Of a stretch of DNA of 64,000 bases, positions 10,321-23,799 are shown in pieces. Within the stretch, counting starts at the first letter, position 1; every line of letters starts with the position of its first letter. A program made the position numbers and the translations under genes. Origin of the DNA: Tubiluchus corallicola. Lineage: Eukaryota > Animalia > Priapulida. The DNA is taken from positions 186,001 to 250,000 of the forward strand of contig JAQGDQ010000120.1 of the NCBI GenBank assembly GCA_030141605.1, given 5' to 3'. The notes under the pieces were generated by a model. That model was given only the letters and a program-made list of their open reading frames with translations, was not told the DNA's origin and searched no databases.

Positions 10321-13300
10321 CCTATTTGATTTCCAGGCCTAGTGTTGCTTAACTTTACAGTCAGGTATTTACAAAGCGACGACTCAGTATATGTCTCCCC
10401 TCAGCTAATTTTAGATAGTTTGTAATCTAATCAAGACATTAATTTTAATTTAGCCACATTTTATAAATCTGTAGGTCATCTTCATTTGAACACTTACATA
10501 TGTATGTACTGGCATGTTGTGAAATAATTAAATAATGTCATTTTCTAAAATAAAACATACGCTGATTGCCTGTTATATATACATACACTGTGTGCATTGA
10601 CGGGAGTATCCATGAGCTATCTACAACTGTCTGATCCAAACCAATAAAATTACGCTTAAATTAAATGGAACAAAACTTCGTCTTAAAAGCAACGTGTTTT
10701 ACCTGACCCGCAACATATTTAATATCAATAATCGATCAAGGTCAAAGGGCTAGTCAAAATTAAAACGTCCAATAAGCTCCCTACAGAACGAAGTTTTGTT
10801 GTGTATTCGTATGGGAGTGAACACACATGCACCTGTAACTTAATAAACCGTTGCAAAAAGTCTGCAACCAACTCACATCGATTTCAGAGAATAAATTTTC
10901 AGATTCTTTTGTGTAACATAATAGCGACTCTCACCTCAGCAACTTCAACTTCAGTTTATCATTCCTCTGATGATTCGTCATGAACTCACAGTCTCTTTAC
11001 TTCGTTTCATGACGACATTATTAGACGAGATTTCATGTGGATTCACTTCTTATCCCTGGGAAAATCAAATTCACTTTGCAGAGAAGATTTGTTTTTGGTT
11101 TTTGTCTTGTTATAAAGCTTTTTCTTGACAATGAACGCCAGCGGTATTACAATGTAGCGACGAACTTTGTAGGCCTTCGCCAAAGTACGCTGCTTAATAA
11201 CAGTTCTTAAAGCCTCATAATTTTACAAAAACATGCAAAATCGCAGGCCTCCTGAAAAGACGCATTTACATTTCTTATATTCGTATTTTATTTTGTAAAC
11301 TGTTGGAACTCTGGTTGTTGGCGTAGCGTCTCGATTCAACGCAATAATTATTCCTAGAAACTATTTGGGCGGTTTCAGTTGTGAAAAATTGTGCAGCTAT
11401 TCTCGTTTCAATGAACCTCAGCGCTCATTAGAAGTTAATTAAACCACCATTTAAAGTCAGTTAAGATGCTGCTGCGGAGTGGCGTCGATGATTTTTCAGA
11501 AGGTGAAATTAGGAGGTTCTCACCCTACAGACAAATTGTTGCAATGTGACTTAAAGGAAAATAGGATGATTTTTTTTTTGTATTCTACCTGTTTCGAGGT
11601 GCGGTGAAAAGTACACATTTTAACATTTATGGTAATACCAAAGGGTTTCTGTTAATTAAGTAACAGGTTAAAATGCTCACACATGAGTTTTTGAACGTGT
11701 GCGCCAACTGAAACGCACCTGAACTGAGACAGAAGGTTGTTTTTTATTCAACGCGTTTCCGAGATCCGGCTGTAGTCTAATGGCGAAATGTACGTAACAG
11801 TGAAGAACTAGCCGCGTGAAATTAGGTTTCTGGATGATAATTCTTTCAAATAAGTCGTTCGTTAAGAAACACATGAAGTATATTCCTTTCAATATTTTAT
11901 AGGATAAAATGTTTTGAGCTAGATAGGTTAAGATTGAGATATACGAAGCCGTTTTTTAAACTGCGCATAATTTCACTTATATGTAAATATTAGTTAAGCG
12001 TTTTTCTTACTGAAATAGTGCGTGAGAAATCGCGGAAGAAGCAAGAAGAACGCTCCAGCTGTTGATTTAGCGCACAATATCTTTAGAGTAAAATACATAT
12101 GTTGTTGTAACGTCTTCTGTTCTCAGAGCGGTTATTATTTCTTTTCCGTAAACGTTTTACACAGCTGTACTTGAAAGATTCATTTATTTCTGTAATTGAA
12201 ATTATAGCCACCAGACATTGTCCGGCATGATATGCGAATAAAGTAGTTTAGGCCTGTTAACAAACACATGCAAAAAATCTTATAGAACTACGAGTTTTTC
12301 TTTTTGTGCCTTACTATGTCGGGTAAACAGCAAGGATTTCGAGAAAAACAAGATCAGTTATTCTACTCATGTCTCGTAATGATATGGCGGGAATCACGAA
12401 ATTTGTAATTTGAAAAGAATAAATGAAATATGATTACACGTTATGAACGGTTTGTTTTCTCATAATTTGCTGAAATTCGTGTGTTGGTTGAACTCCGTTC
12501 TTTAATCAACAAACAAATAAAGTCAGCAGTCTTATGGGTGGCTTGAATTTCAGGTCGTTTAGTGTAAGCCATGTTTGCTAGTCTGAAAACTTGTTGTTCC
12601 GTGCGTGAACGGCATATCCTGAGCTTATTCCGTGACTGAAGTGTTCCCTAATTTAATGACAGTTTGCATGACTTGTATTTCAACTGATTTGATGAAGACC
12701 ACTATCACCCTAAAAAGAAATAAGGCCATCTATGTTTGGCTAGCACGTGTCTCCTCGGCTGACAACAGGTGAAGTCCTTGGTTTACTATCATGAAAATAT
12801 ACCATGAATGCTTTCTATTTTAGTTGATTGTCAGTTATTGGCATGTCGTCCAGTTTGAAAAGAAAACGATATCATTAGCTTACCCATAACTGAAAATTGT
12901 TCCATAGATTTAGCGAAGACCAGGAAGCTTCAACTGCGAAAGAAGCAGAGTCGATTATTCGGGTTTACTTTAGGTAGTTTATTTCAATTACTGCCAGCCC
13001 ACATGAAAGTCTTTAGAGTGACCATGTTTGCTTATAGACAGTGAATACCCTAGTGAACTGAATACACCAGTAAATAATTATTGCAAACAGATTAATCGTT
13101 GCATGACGCGCTTAACCGTACGCAACGTTGCCGAAGAACAAGGTTTTCAAAACTCGGCAATTTAGCAAGCTTTGAAAACTCAGCAATTTAGAAAGGTCTG
13201 TTTGTCAGGTATGTGATTATACGGGAATTTACATTTAAACTATTTAGCCGCCACTGGATAGTGGCTGGAACAAATACACTGTAAATTAGCCAAACTTTCA

Positions 13301-13917
13301 AAAGCGTAATTGGCTTCTCTAAAGCTAAACAATGCGACGTGAGTTAATTAAAGTTCTGGAAAGTGTTAAAATGGTTGCCTAAGATAAGCTAAACAGTAAT
13401 GAAATTACCCCAAAACTGCCAGCCATTGGTTGAAATCATTCAGCTGGGAATTCAGTGTTAATTAGATAACATTGATTAAATCCAAGTTCAAATAGACCGT
13501 AAGCTGAGTTAATCTTGTAATTGGTATGTGACTAGAATAAAACAAAATAAAACTAAATAGTGGTTGGAGTTTCTTGGTAATGACGTGGAAATGTCTGCCT
13601 TCTGCATAGACAAGGAAAAGAGGGCCAGGAAAAGAGTATGTAATTCAATGTAACAGCATGCCGACATTTTGAATTTTAATTACCATTGTATTGACTTTTT
13701 GATTATGCCTTGCCCGTGTTCTCTGAGTTTGTTTGTTGAAAACCAGGTGGAATTTGTGGTAATTTTTCTTTTCTTTTTGTAATGATTTGCCTGCATTTCT
13801 TAAAAGCAGTTTTGTAAAAAGGCATACAATTTTGTCTAGCACTGATTTTAGTAAATGGATTTTTATGCATGGCGCACTATTACTGGCGCTTCAAGGTTAC
13901 AAGACAGTCAAAGCAAG

Positions 13918-14136
<219 letters not shown>

Positions 14137-14283
14137 ATCCCTATTTTTTCAGACATTCGAAGTCCATAAAACAATAATAAGAATAACGTTTCAGATAATG
14201 TTCAGCTATAAGATCACTGCTTTCTTCATCAGGTTTTGATGTGTTATTTAATGGATTTTCGATTTCTGTAGCGTTCACAAAAT

Positions 14284-14666
14284 TTCTCGCACGCAGTCAA
14301 ACCACGTACGCAAACAAGCTCCTCATACGCGAACAAGTTTCGCGTACACTAACAAGCTTCTCGTACACAAACAAATTCTAATATACAGAAAAGCTTTTCA
14401 TATGAAAAGAAGCTACGCAAACGAACTTCTCTTACGCAAACAAGCTTCTCGTGTGCAAACAAACTTCATCGTCCGCAAACAAGCTTGTCGTACGCAAACG
14501 AGCTTCTCGTACGCAAACAACGCACATGCGTTTCGCAGCCAATTCAGCTCAAATGGCACCAAACTTGTCTCACGCAGTCCAGCTTCTGGTACGTAAACAT
14601 GCTTCTCATACCAAAAGCAGGTTGTCGCACGCAAATATGTTCCTCGTACGCGAACAAGTTTCTTCC
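14284..14666. repeat. Degenerate 19-bp minisatellite, consensus ~CGTACGCAAACAAGCTTCT
   Basis: Many adjacent diverged units, e.g. cgtacgcaaacaagctcct, cgtacactaacaagcttct, cgtacgcaaacgagcttct. Confidence 0.9.
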
Positions 14667-14674
14667 AAGTAACC

Positions 14675-15009
14675 CAGTGGTTCCCAAACTTTCTCGGACC
14701 GTTACCCAAATCGGGAAACCCGGTCGTGTCCATTACCCCCCACCTAGTACTACTTCTCCAACTCAAAAAGTAAACACACGTATATGCCACAAGCAAGCAA
14801 AATTATTTATGTTTGCTCGTGACATAAATAAATTTCCAGGTGTTGTTGTATTGTTGCCAAAACAAGAATTACAATTATTGAACCTGCTCATTACTGAGTG
14901 AGCAGGTTCGCTCGAGTAAATTTTCAGAGGGGTGCCCGTTACCCCCCCCCCCAAAAAAAAAACCTTATTACCCCCGGGGGGTAATTTACCCCTACTTTGG
15001 GAACCACTG
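14675..15009. mobile_element. hAT (Charlie-like) non-autonomous MITE, 335 bp
   Basis: Perfect 14-bp TIR CAGTGGTTCCCAAA at both ends; perfect 8-bp TSD AAGTAACC at 14667-14674 and 15010-15017; subterminal TTACCC motifs. Confidence 0.95.
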
Positions 15010-15607
15010 AAGTAACCGAAGAAGCTCTCATACTTAATTTTTCACCGATCGAAGTTATAATTAATCCAGAGTTAAGCATTTTCGAGTGTGCTACCTGTGG
15101 GATTTTCTTGCGTGGATGTAATAGGCTTATCTTTGGTTGTATCTTTACATGCTAGCTTGTCAACGACTATTCAAGTTAAGTCAGCACCGTAATCTGGCGA
15201 TGTGAGGATGATTGTATGAAATACGATAAGAGGTAATCATCCAGGAAGAGCACGGGCTGTTGCGCAACACGATGATAATGACAGTCAATCAGTCTGGAAA
15301 AGAACTAAAGCAAGAGAGTGAATGTTCGTGTGTGACAGCAACAGATGGACTTAATTTTTACACAGGCGTACTGTATAATGCGTGGTGAGTGATTTGTAAG
15401 TAGCCACTGGGAGAACTCGAATACACGCATATAGTTTTTTGGAACACAATCATATTTTTTGGCGTGGGAAAAGTACAAAAATGACAAGGGTAAAGTAAAA
15501 AGAAACGTTTTCTAGTAACTGCATTCTGTACTTCAGTAAATTTACAAAGTGTCACAAAATTTCAATAATTTCAAAATTCGGGAAAGTCAATAATTTTGCT
15601 CATCGTG

Positions 15608-16220
15608 GCAACCACCCAACGTATTTCGTTTTTACAAGAATCTGGGGCTGTAGATTGATATGAAATCGCGTGATATAGATTATTGGGTCCTTTTCAGCCT
15701 TTTTTGGGAAGTCGTAAAGGAGACTTGACATAATAAATTTAAAATTCTAAAACTTTTCAGTTTAATTTGGATTTTGGTAACTACAACAAAACCTGGATAA
15801 TTTCTCTCTCAGTTGACAATATTATTAACATGGCCGTACATTTATATTGGTTGATGCACCGTGAAACACGTGAAAGTGAATTGTGACTTATCCTTTAATC
15901 TTAGGCGAGCCTATTTCTATTATTACTGGTTGCATATTTTGCAGTGACGTGATCACGCATATTTCTTTGGGGGGAAATCTGCCCCTTGGAACTTTGTGAG
16001 TGGTTGAAGAACTTTGATAATAACGCTGTTGAAATTCAATTTGCGAGCTTTTAGTCAGTTATCGAAGCGCAAGGGAAAACGAAGGAAAACCAATAATTTT
16101 GTTCAGCCTATAGAAGCCACCATACCGTATTTCGTTTTTGCAATAATTAGTAGATCTAGATCTGTAATTTGATACAAAATCATATGACAGCCTTTGGGGC
16201 CCTTTTTAGCCTTTTTTTGT
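15608..16220. repeat. Two diverged ~100-bp direct repeats (15608-15710 and 16115-16220)
   Basis: Both contain ccac...cgtatttcgttttt(a/g)caa...tgata..aaatc...ggg(t/c)cctttt(c/t)agcctttttt. Confidence 0.65.
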
Positions 16221-16279
16221 AAAGCAGCTAAATTGTACTGATACAAGTGAAATACGTTAACGGCACTAAAAATAATACA

Positions 16280-18455
16280 ACCGCATTATGCCCTGCTGTT
16301 CAATTATTAAAAAACCCATGAGATTAAGTGACATAGACCTGGTCAGATTTCACAACTTAATGAGTGATTGTTCTTTACCACTGGAACGTAAATTATTTAG
16401 TTCTATTTCTCTGTCTGATCAACTGATAAATACAATTTTACGTTTTCTTGCAATGCAAAGACTGAGCGCTTGAATGATGAAACAGTCCAGTTTATTAGCT
16501 AGAGAGGATGAAAAGGTAATTTGGCGAGGAATTAATTTTAACAACGAACAGGTGCATGAACAGAGTCTTACTAAAGGGAGGGATCGTCCTTCCGACAGAG
16601 AATTTTGTTTGCACTTTGACCTACTACTAAATGCCGTAGTTTTTGAGCCAGATGTGGTTAGTTTGTTGGACGATCGTAATGTCTGTGTACCAATTCTTCA
16701 TGAGTACTTTAATACTGAAGAAGTACTCAGTGCTATCTATAATCAAATGTAATCAAACACTCAACAAAGGAGTAAAGCCAGATAGCTTACAAACAGCCTG
16801 ATTCAAATACCTAAATGCAGAGCGGTTGATGATGCTTACAGTGATTCTTAATGCAATGATTTTGCAAGGATCATTTCAAGAAGAATGGGGTTTAGCAAAA
16901 TTCATAATTTTATTCAAAAAAGACAATGCTGCATTATGTACAAATTATCGCCGTGTTAGTATAGTTCATTCAACCTGTAAATTTTTGATTGCCTTATTAA
17001 TGGAAGATTGAAACTGTGGATATAAGCAACTTCCGAACTAGCAGGTCCGCATCATAATAGGGACTGTTTAGAACAAATCCTTGCGTTGAGTTTATTAACT
17101 GAGGGCCAAGAAGGCTAATGACAACGTTAAAAGAAGTGTTCCAATTAAAGTACTAAAATAATACGGCTAGGGCAAAACGTATTGTACAATGTAATATCGC
17201 AGTATTTTAGTGGCGTGAACCTGGCTCGTGTACCTTTTTTGCATACATCTAGGGCAAGATGGTTGGTTAAGTCGCTTGCATTGACTACTCCTCTTTACTA
17301 CGACACAGATATTATCTCAACTAGCAGGCTAAAGCGCGAAAACAAATTAGATCGGTACACTAATAAACTTTTCTTCAGAATGCGGCATGAACATAAAAGA
17401 ATTAAAGCCACAATTTATGGTAATAAACGGTGACACTGTGGACAACAAGCTTTTCTAATTAGCGACCTTAACATTAAACACATTCAAAGGTATGTTTACT
17501 TGGCGGTTTACTTAGCAGACGCTAAGATAAATTCTGGAGTTTGCAATTCACGTAGAGGTCAAGCAGTCTGATGTGCTTAAGTTTCACCTATTCATAAATA
17601 AAAATGAAGATTACCCATTTTGGATTAACAAAAAGTTTAGATTCTACACGACTAGCAGGTGTCGTTTGTAGTATTGAAACCTACAACTTTGATGTGTCTT
17701 CAGCCTTGCTTGGCGGCACAAACATGTAACGACATCATGTTGATAGAACCAACCTATCCTAATTTTAAGACATTGTTAACGGTTCTTCAGATGAAATTTT
17801 GGAAATAACATCTGCTCAGCCAGAGCAGTACGAACAATTGGTGCAATGCTTCTAGGTCGCGAATGCCTCATCAAAGAGGGTGACGTACAAACAATTAAGT
17901 CATTCCCCTAGGCAACCTGTGATACTGTTGAAAAATTTCGTATAGCTTTCACCAGTATGAGATTCCAGTTTCATAGACTGAAAACTGAGACAGGTAGATA
18001 GAGTTGCAAAACAGTTGAAAAGAGACTGTGTAAATATGGTGCTGACCGGACCGAAAAGTGTGTTTCAACAATTTCTTGCCCAAAAACCGAAAATGTTAGA
18101 AACCAATTCACAAATACTGATTTTTCTAATATTACTAATGTACTTGAAAATGAACACGCATTTAAAATTTGTTATGAAGTATTGAATTTATTTGCCGATT
18201 GGTTAGCCTGTTATTTTGAGACTAGGCCACTCATTCGAACAAAAAATATTCCGAACGGTTTAATCAATTTTCGGGCTGTTTATGTTTATTGTATTTTGTA
18301 TGATAGGCATAAAGTTATACTTTATTTGATTATATTGCACATTGTAATTATTTCATCGTTGTCTGTTCTCAATGTGACATTTTGATAACGTCCTTATTGG
18401 ACTATGTTTATTTTTATGGTTACCAAATGTGTATTAGTAATTAATATATATATAT
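16280..18455 (+). mobile_element. Degenerate non-LTR retrotransposon (LINE ORF2 reverse transcriptase remnant)
   Basis: Broken frames give PSDREFCLHFDLLLN...VPILHEYFNTEEV and GSFQEEWGLAKFIILFKKD...CTNYRRVSI (typical pre-RT/domain 1 motifs). Many stops; AT-rich 3' end terminating in (TA)n. Boundaries approximate. Confidence 0.8.
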
Positions 18456-19528
18456 AGCAAAAATTGGCACTAGTTATAACGCAGAGATCACGTTAGAGAT
18501 ATTACAAAGATGATTTTTTTCCACATTACTGTTTAAAGGTTGTCAACACTTATGCATCACTAATGCGGCAACTAGTGCTGTGTAATTTAACAGACATCTA
18601 TTACCGTCCTACAGGTGTTTCACCCTACTAAGGGCTTCCTCGGGGACTATGAAACAATCAAACATAGCAATATTAACCAAAACATAGTTATACGAAAGTT
18701 AAACAAGTTACGCATTGAGTATCAGTTGTAAACATTTCAAAAACCAGAATTCTTCTACATTTTTGCAAAAAGGTGAATCTTTACACAAAATTAATTTACA
18801 ACTTTACACTGTGATAGTAGGCAATAACTTACTGCTTGCAGGCCTGAGGTGGGTGCTAGATTCTAACATCATTTGCACATTTATTTAGGATTAGCTTTAT
18901 AAAAGAATGTAAATTGGTAGTCTATTTCGGGTTTGTCTTAATAATATGAGCATTTTGGGATATATCAGTCGCATATCACATGACTTTCAGTTTGTATTTC
19001 TCCGTACGGGCACAAAGGTTGGTCTCTGTGTAGTTGACTCCAACGCCCAGCTTAGATTGCTGGATTGTGTTACATCAAATACAGCCTTGATGCACTAATT
19101 CGACAATATTCAGGAATGTTCTATGCATCATATAAAGGATAAGCACCTAAATTTAGATTCATTTCTGCGTAGGTTTTAAGTTTCGTTTTCTGCGACTGTC
19201 TGGTCTTTTTCAATAAAGTTACCATGACGCAAGTCATAAATGTACTTCGCACAAGGCATATTAGCCGATGAGCATGTTCTAAACACAGTCATGAAAGGGT
19301 CGTCTATGGCTCTTTGCTACTTCCTCGCTCATTTAATATCCGATTAAAAAGCGACAATGAGCGTGTTTCACAAAGCCTTTTACATAAGGATGCCTATTCT
19401 CTAATAATCATAGGTCAGTCGTTGTATATTTTCCAGGTCACCACCAGCAGAGCTTTAGCGTAAGTATGGTAGTAAATTATGATGTTTTAGTAACTTTCAG
19501 GCTGGTTTTCAGTACAAGAATATCAAAT

Positions 19529-20381
19529 GTAGTAACAATATGAACAAACACAAACACAAAAGCAAACAAACCAACAAAGCTAAATCCAATAAACGCGCAA
19601 AAGAAATACTAAAATTAGAAAGTCGGAAATATTTCAGCACCTCATTGGGATTCGAAACTATGCCTTCTGCTTCCCGGAAAACTATGCTTTCCAGAAATTT
19701 AGAGAAAGCTCTCAGGTGAGCAAGCCATCAGATGGAGGGACACAAGATGTTAATTGAGTATTTAAGAAGAGTCTCACTTCTTAAATACTCAATTAACATT
19801 CTTCTGGAAGTCCCCTTTAAGAAGTGCTGCTTAAAGATTAGATTCATTGATATTGTTCAAGACAACAATTCTCCTCGTAAATGCTCACTAATCCTAGAAT
19901 GGAGATGACGTTTGAATGCTCACTAACCCTAGAAAGGAGATGACGTTTGGTCTGACTTACACAGCCAGTACCACAAACACTTTGCAAGTGTGCTTGTATA
20001 ACACGATCTCACCAAAAGGGAGTTGGCAACATGCTTAATAAAGCGAAATGATAAAGTGCTAGTGACATGTATCACATTCAATGGAAATGCGAGTCAGTTT
20101 TTTCAGCCTAAAAACAAAACTGAATAATTTGTTTGCCCCTAAGTCAATCTAACTCAATATTCTTGTGTTTCTTTCTCTGTGTGATGGAACAAGGATTTCG
20201 TGGAGGATTGTTTGCACATAAATGGGACTTCAGAATAGTAGAGGTTTGATATATTCCACAACTAAAATTCTCGTTAAATACCCAATTAACATCTCATGTT
20301 CCCCTATGAGTTGTCACTTGAGAGCTTTCTAAGTTTATCTGGGTTTGTTTGCTTACATATTTGTTTATATTGTTACACTAC
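19529..20381. mobile_element. Foldback/MITE-like element with long imperfect inverted arms
   Basis: 19529-19572 plus 19696-19769 match the reverse complement of 20271-20381 (gtaacaatat.aacaaa...agcaaacaaacc...agaaagctctca.gtga...agatgttaattg.gtatttaa). Confidence 0.7.
19880..19949. repeat. 35-bp tandem duplication
   Basis: aatgctcactaa(t/c)cctagaa(t/a)ggagatgacgtttg x2. Confidence 0.9.
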
Positions 20382-20599
20382 TTTATGTTGTTTAGATAGA
20401 GTTTCGCATTCTCATTTTAATTCATTGAAGTTCTCATATTTCGTCATTTGAGATAATATTTTTGCATTATATTTTATGTGCCGTTACTTAGTAAACTTCT
20501 TGATTCGATGAAAATGGCAATTTCTGAGATAAGCGAAGGGTCACTAACTTATACAGTTTGTACATAGTTACACTTAACTGATTTATCAGCTAACCACCT

Positions 20600-20860
20600 G
20601 AACGGCTGACTGACTCACTGACTGAATGACTGAGTAACTGAGACACTGGCAAACTTGACAAGCTTAGTGACTGCCTGAGCAAATGCACATCTGGATAAGT
20701 GAACAAGTAAGTAAGTAACTCAGAAAGTAAGCGAATGAATAACTAAACGGATAAATGAATAAATGAAGGAGTAAATGAATGACAGAATGAATAAATAAGT
20801 AAATTAGTGATCAGTGAGTAAGTGGAGTAAATGAATAAATGAAAAAAGCAAGCTTAGAAT
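20600..20860. repeat. Decayed tetranucleotide repeats (TGAC/TGAA/TAAA/TAAG)
   Basis: Runs of ctgactgact, aagtaagtaa and tgaataaatgaa. Confidence 0.7.
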
Positions 20861-21899
20861 TAACGAATGCCGGATAACAAAAAAAAGAGTAAAAAAGGAA
20901 GAAACCGCAAGCGAAAATAGTAGAAAGTGAAAGAAGAAGCAATGCAGAAACAAAATAAGGAAGAAAGCTGGAAATCTACGCTAGAACGATTGAAGGAAGT
21001 CCGAAAGTGAGAGGTTTTATTTGATTAGATTGGAGCTTGCCATCAACTAAATTAAATCGTAAGTGCATGAGTGCTCACGGAATGAGTGAGGTGACCGGAT
21101 TATGACGATAGTGCGGTACAAATGCTAAAAATTAAATTAAATGGTAAAGATCGAATTGATCAAATGACGCCGGACACACTGTCAAAACTATTCTTCTGTA
21201 ACCGTCTTATCGGCTTTGTCATTCTAAGCTTAAATTTGCGTTTGGTTAAGTGAGTTTGTCAATTACAAGGATCAACGCAAATGCATGTGCAAGTGGAGTT
21301 ACCAGAGCATGAGGAGTAAGCGTTCTAGCAAAATTGATTTGACTTCCATCCCATGTAGTAATTAGCCCTTTGATGCACAGTAAAAACAGTGCGTCCTTGT
21401 GAGAAGCGGGGGAGGTGGGAATAATCCCTGTTTCAAGCTCTAGAAGACGGGTATCTTCAGACTTAGTTATAGTATACGTCTTATCAAAACCACAACTATT
21501 TCACTATAATGGTGACGGTCATTTGTTCTGGATGCAGTGTGCAATGTGGCAACAACAACGGAGTGACGACGGTAAAGACTTTCTTAAATTGACAATTAAA
21601 TTAGCTTAATAGAGTTAGTTGATTTAATTAGAGTATAGTAAACTAAGTTATATTTAATCATCTTAAAAGAAACTTGATTTATATTATCTTTTACCTCCGC
21701 CCCCCTCCCAAAAAAGAATAACACTATTACTCAAGGCTTGTGAGTTAGAAACTGTGCAAAACGTACAAATCTATTTTGAAAGTTAATTTTGTTATGAAAT
21801 TATTAAGAAGCGTGTTACTATCTATTTCAATCATTCTGTTTGTCTGTGTGACAACCGAAAAATGCATGAAACGTTCAACGACAAATTCGTTAATTTCTT

Positions 21900-22930
21900 T
21901 ATAGCTAGTCGACATTGCCGCATTTCGCTCTAGTATATTCCTGTAGAGTTTCATGACACTCCGTTGGAAATTGGTGGAATCTTAAGCTTTATTCAGAATG
22001 ATGTTATTGCTGCTGTCCAGAATTCAAGATAGCAGATGAAAAATCCAACGCCGTCAATCAATGCTGAATTTGTTGTAGCATATTTCTGTAAAGTTGACGA
22101 TCCGTCGCAAATTATCAGAGCATTAGGGTTTTTTCGGAAATGACGTATATCACCGCCACCTTAACTTCTACATGACAAGTCAAAAATCCGATTCAGTCAG
22201 TCGATGCGGAACTCGTTCTAACATATTACTGTAAAGTTTTATAACGATCCGTTGCGAATTAGCAGAACCTTGGGCTTTTTTTCGAAAATAATCGCCATCA
22301 TTTTGATTTCAAAACGACAGATCGAAAGTCCGACTCCCTCAGTCGATGCGAAATACGTTCCAGTACAGTTTCGTAACAATGCGTTGCAAATTTGTAGAAC
22401 CTTATCGCTTTTCGGAAATGATGTTCCTGTATATTCATGTGAAGGTTCCAAACGACCCTTTGCAAACTTACGAAGCCTTAAGCTTTTAATAAAAAGGTCA
22501 CCCTTCCCCCAACAAGAACAACCAACGGAAACAGCATCCATACGATTTGGGTCGAGTCTCTCGACCAACGTCAATGCTGCCATCTTGAATTTAAAATGCC
22601 AAATAGAAAATCCGACTCAGTCAACCGACGCAGATTTTGTTCTATATATACACACAATTATACATGTACATATATTCCTGCAGGGTTTCATGATGATCCG
22701 TTGATTATCGTTGCCATCTAGAATTCAAGACGGTAGATCAAATCCGACTCCGTAATCGATGCGGAATTTGCTTTAGTGTATTCGTGTGACGTTTTATGGC
22801 AATCTATTGAGAATTCTCGGAGCCTTAGGCTTTTCTCTAGAATAATGTTACCGCTGCCATCTAGAATTCAAGACGGTAGATCAATGATATTAGTGACGTT
22901 GTTGCCCGCCCCTAGAATTAATAAAATGAC
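21900..22930. repeat. Degenerate ~140-bp tandem array of Helentron/HINE-associated type
   Basis: Recurring gccatct(t/a)gaatt.aa.a.g...aaatccgactc.gtc..tcgatgcggaattt...tgtaaagttt..tgacgatccg...agaaccttaggcttt in about 6 copies. Family assignment is by resemblance only. Confidence 0.75.
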
Positions 22931-23799
22931 TTGCCAAACCCCGGAACTTTTGCCCATAAACACACAACAACAGCCAATACACCACACACACCGCACTATC
23001 CCCACCTACCACGCCACATCACCCACACCATATTGCTTACACCCCACCACACCTACCACCCCTAACCACCCACACCGACGACGACGACAATCGAAGAAAC
23101 TCAAAGTTTAAGCTGCGCTATTAATAACTGTTGTTTTGGTGTTAATAAATTCCAAAAGAAACTTTACGAAAGTGTTTTTCTGTAACAAATTAATTTTTTA
23201 ACGGAAATTAAAAATATTGATTTACAAAAAATTACGGGCAGAAAAAATTATAAGGCCCGTTACAAACTTATTAGTGGCATGGTTAGTTCATAAGTGTTTC
23301 CACCTATAGTTCGGTTTTGAAGCAGCCTTCCGCTTAACGCTTAATAAGTGTCAGGCTTGGGGACATGGAGATCGAGAGCGTCGAAATGTGCAGATGCCAA
23401 AATGGGCGCCGAGTGATTAATGTCAAACAAGTGCATCCTTCTACGTAGTGTTATACATAAACTAAAACAAAATTACGTGTAGTAGCAAAAGATGTCCAAA
23501 ATAGAAACATGTGCAGGGAAAAGCCAACAACTGAATTGATTTCTAATAAGTTGTATGCAGAAAAACTCTGCCTGTTGTTTTTTCAGTAATGAAGCTTATA
23601 ATACAGCTGCGTGCAGCTGTGCAAGCAGAGGAAATAACAACAATAACAGAGAATTACAGCTGCAGACACAATCAGTCCCTTTTCTGCAACATCTAATTTT
23701 CGTCTATATAGGAATTATGAATGAAGATGTGATGAATGGCTATGGTGGCATTTGAAAATGAGTAGTCTATGTCTAGCACTTGAATTGTTTGTTAGCATT

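Noticed and set aside
11551-11892. Kolobok-like MITE (TTAAAGGAAAATA ... TATTCCTTTCAA)
   Set aside because: Inverted match too short and imperfect to support.
14284-14666. CRISPR-like array
   Set aside because: Units are contiguous and degenerate with no unique spacers; no cas genes; animal DNA.
22239-23111. ORFs of 111-150 aa
   Set aside because: They lie in a degenerate tandem array and CA-rich low-complexity sequence; no recognisable domain.
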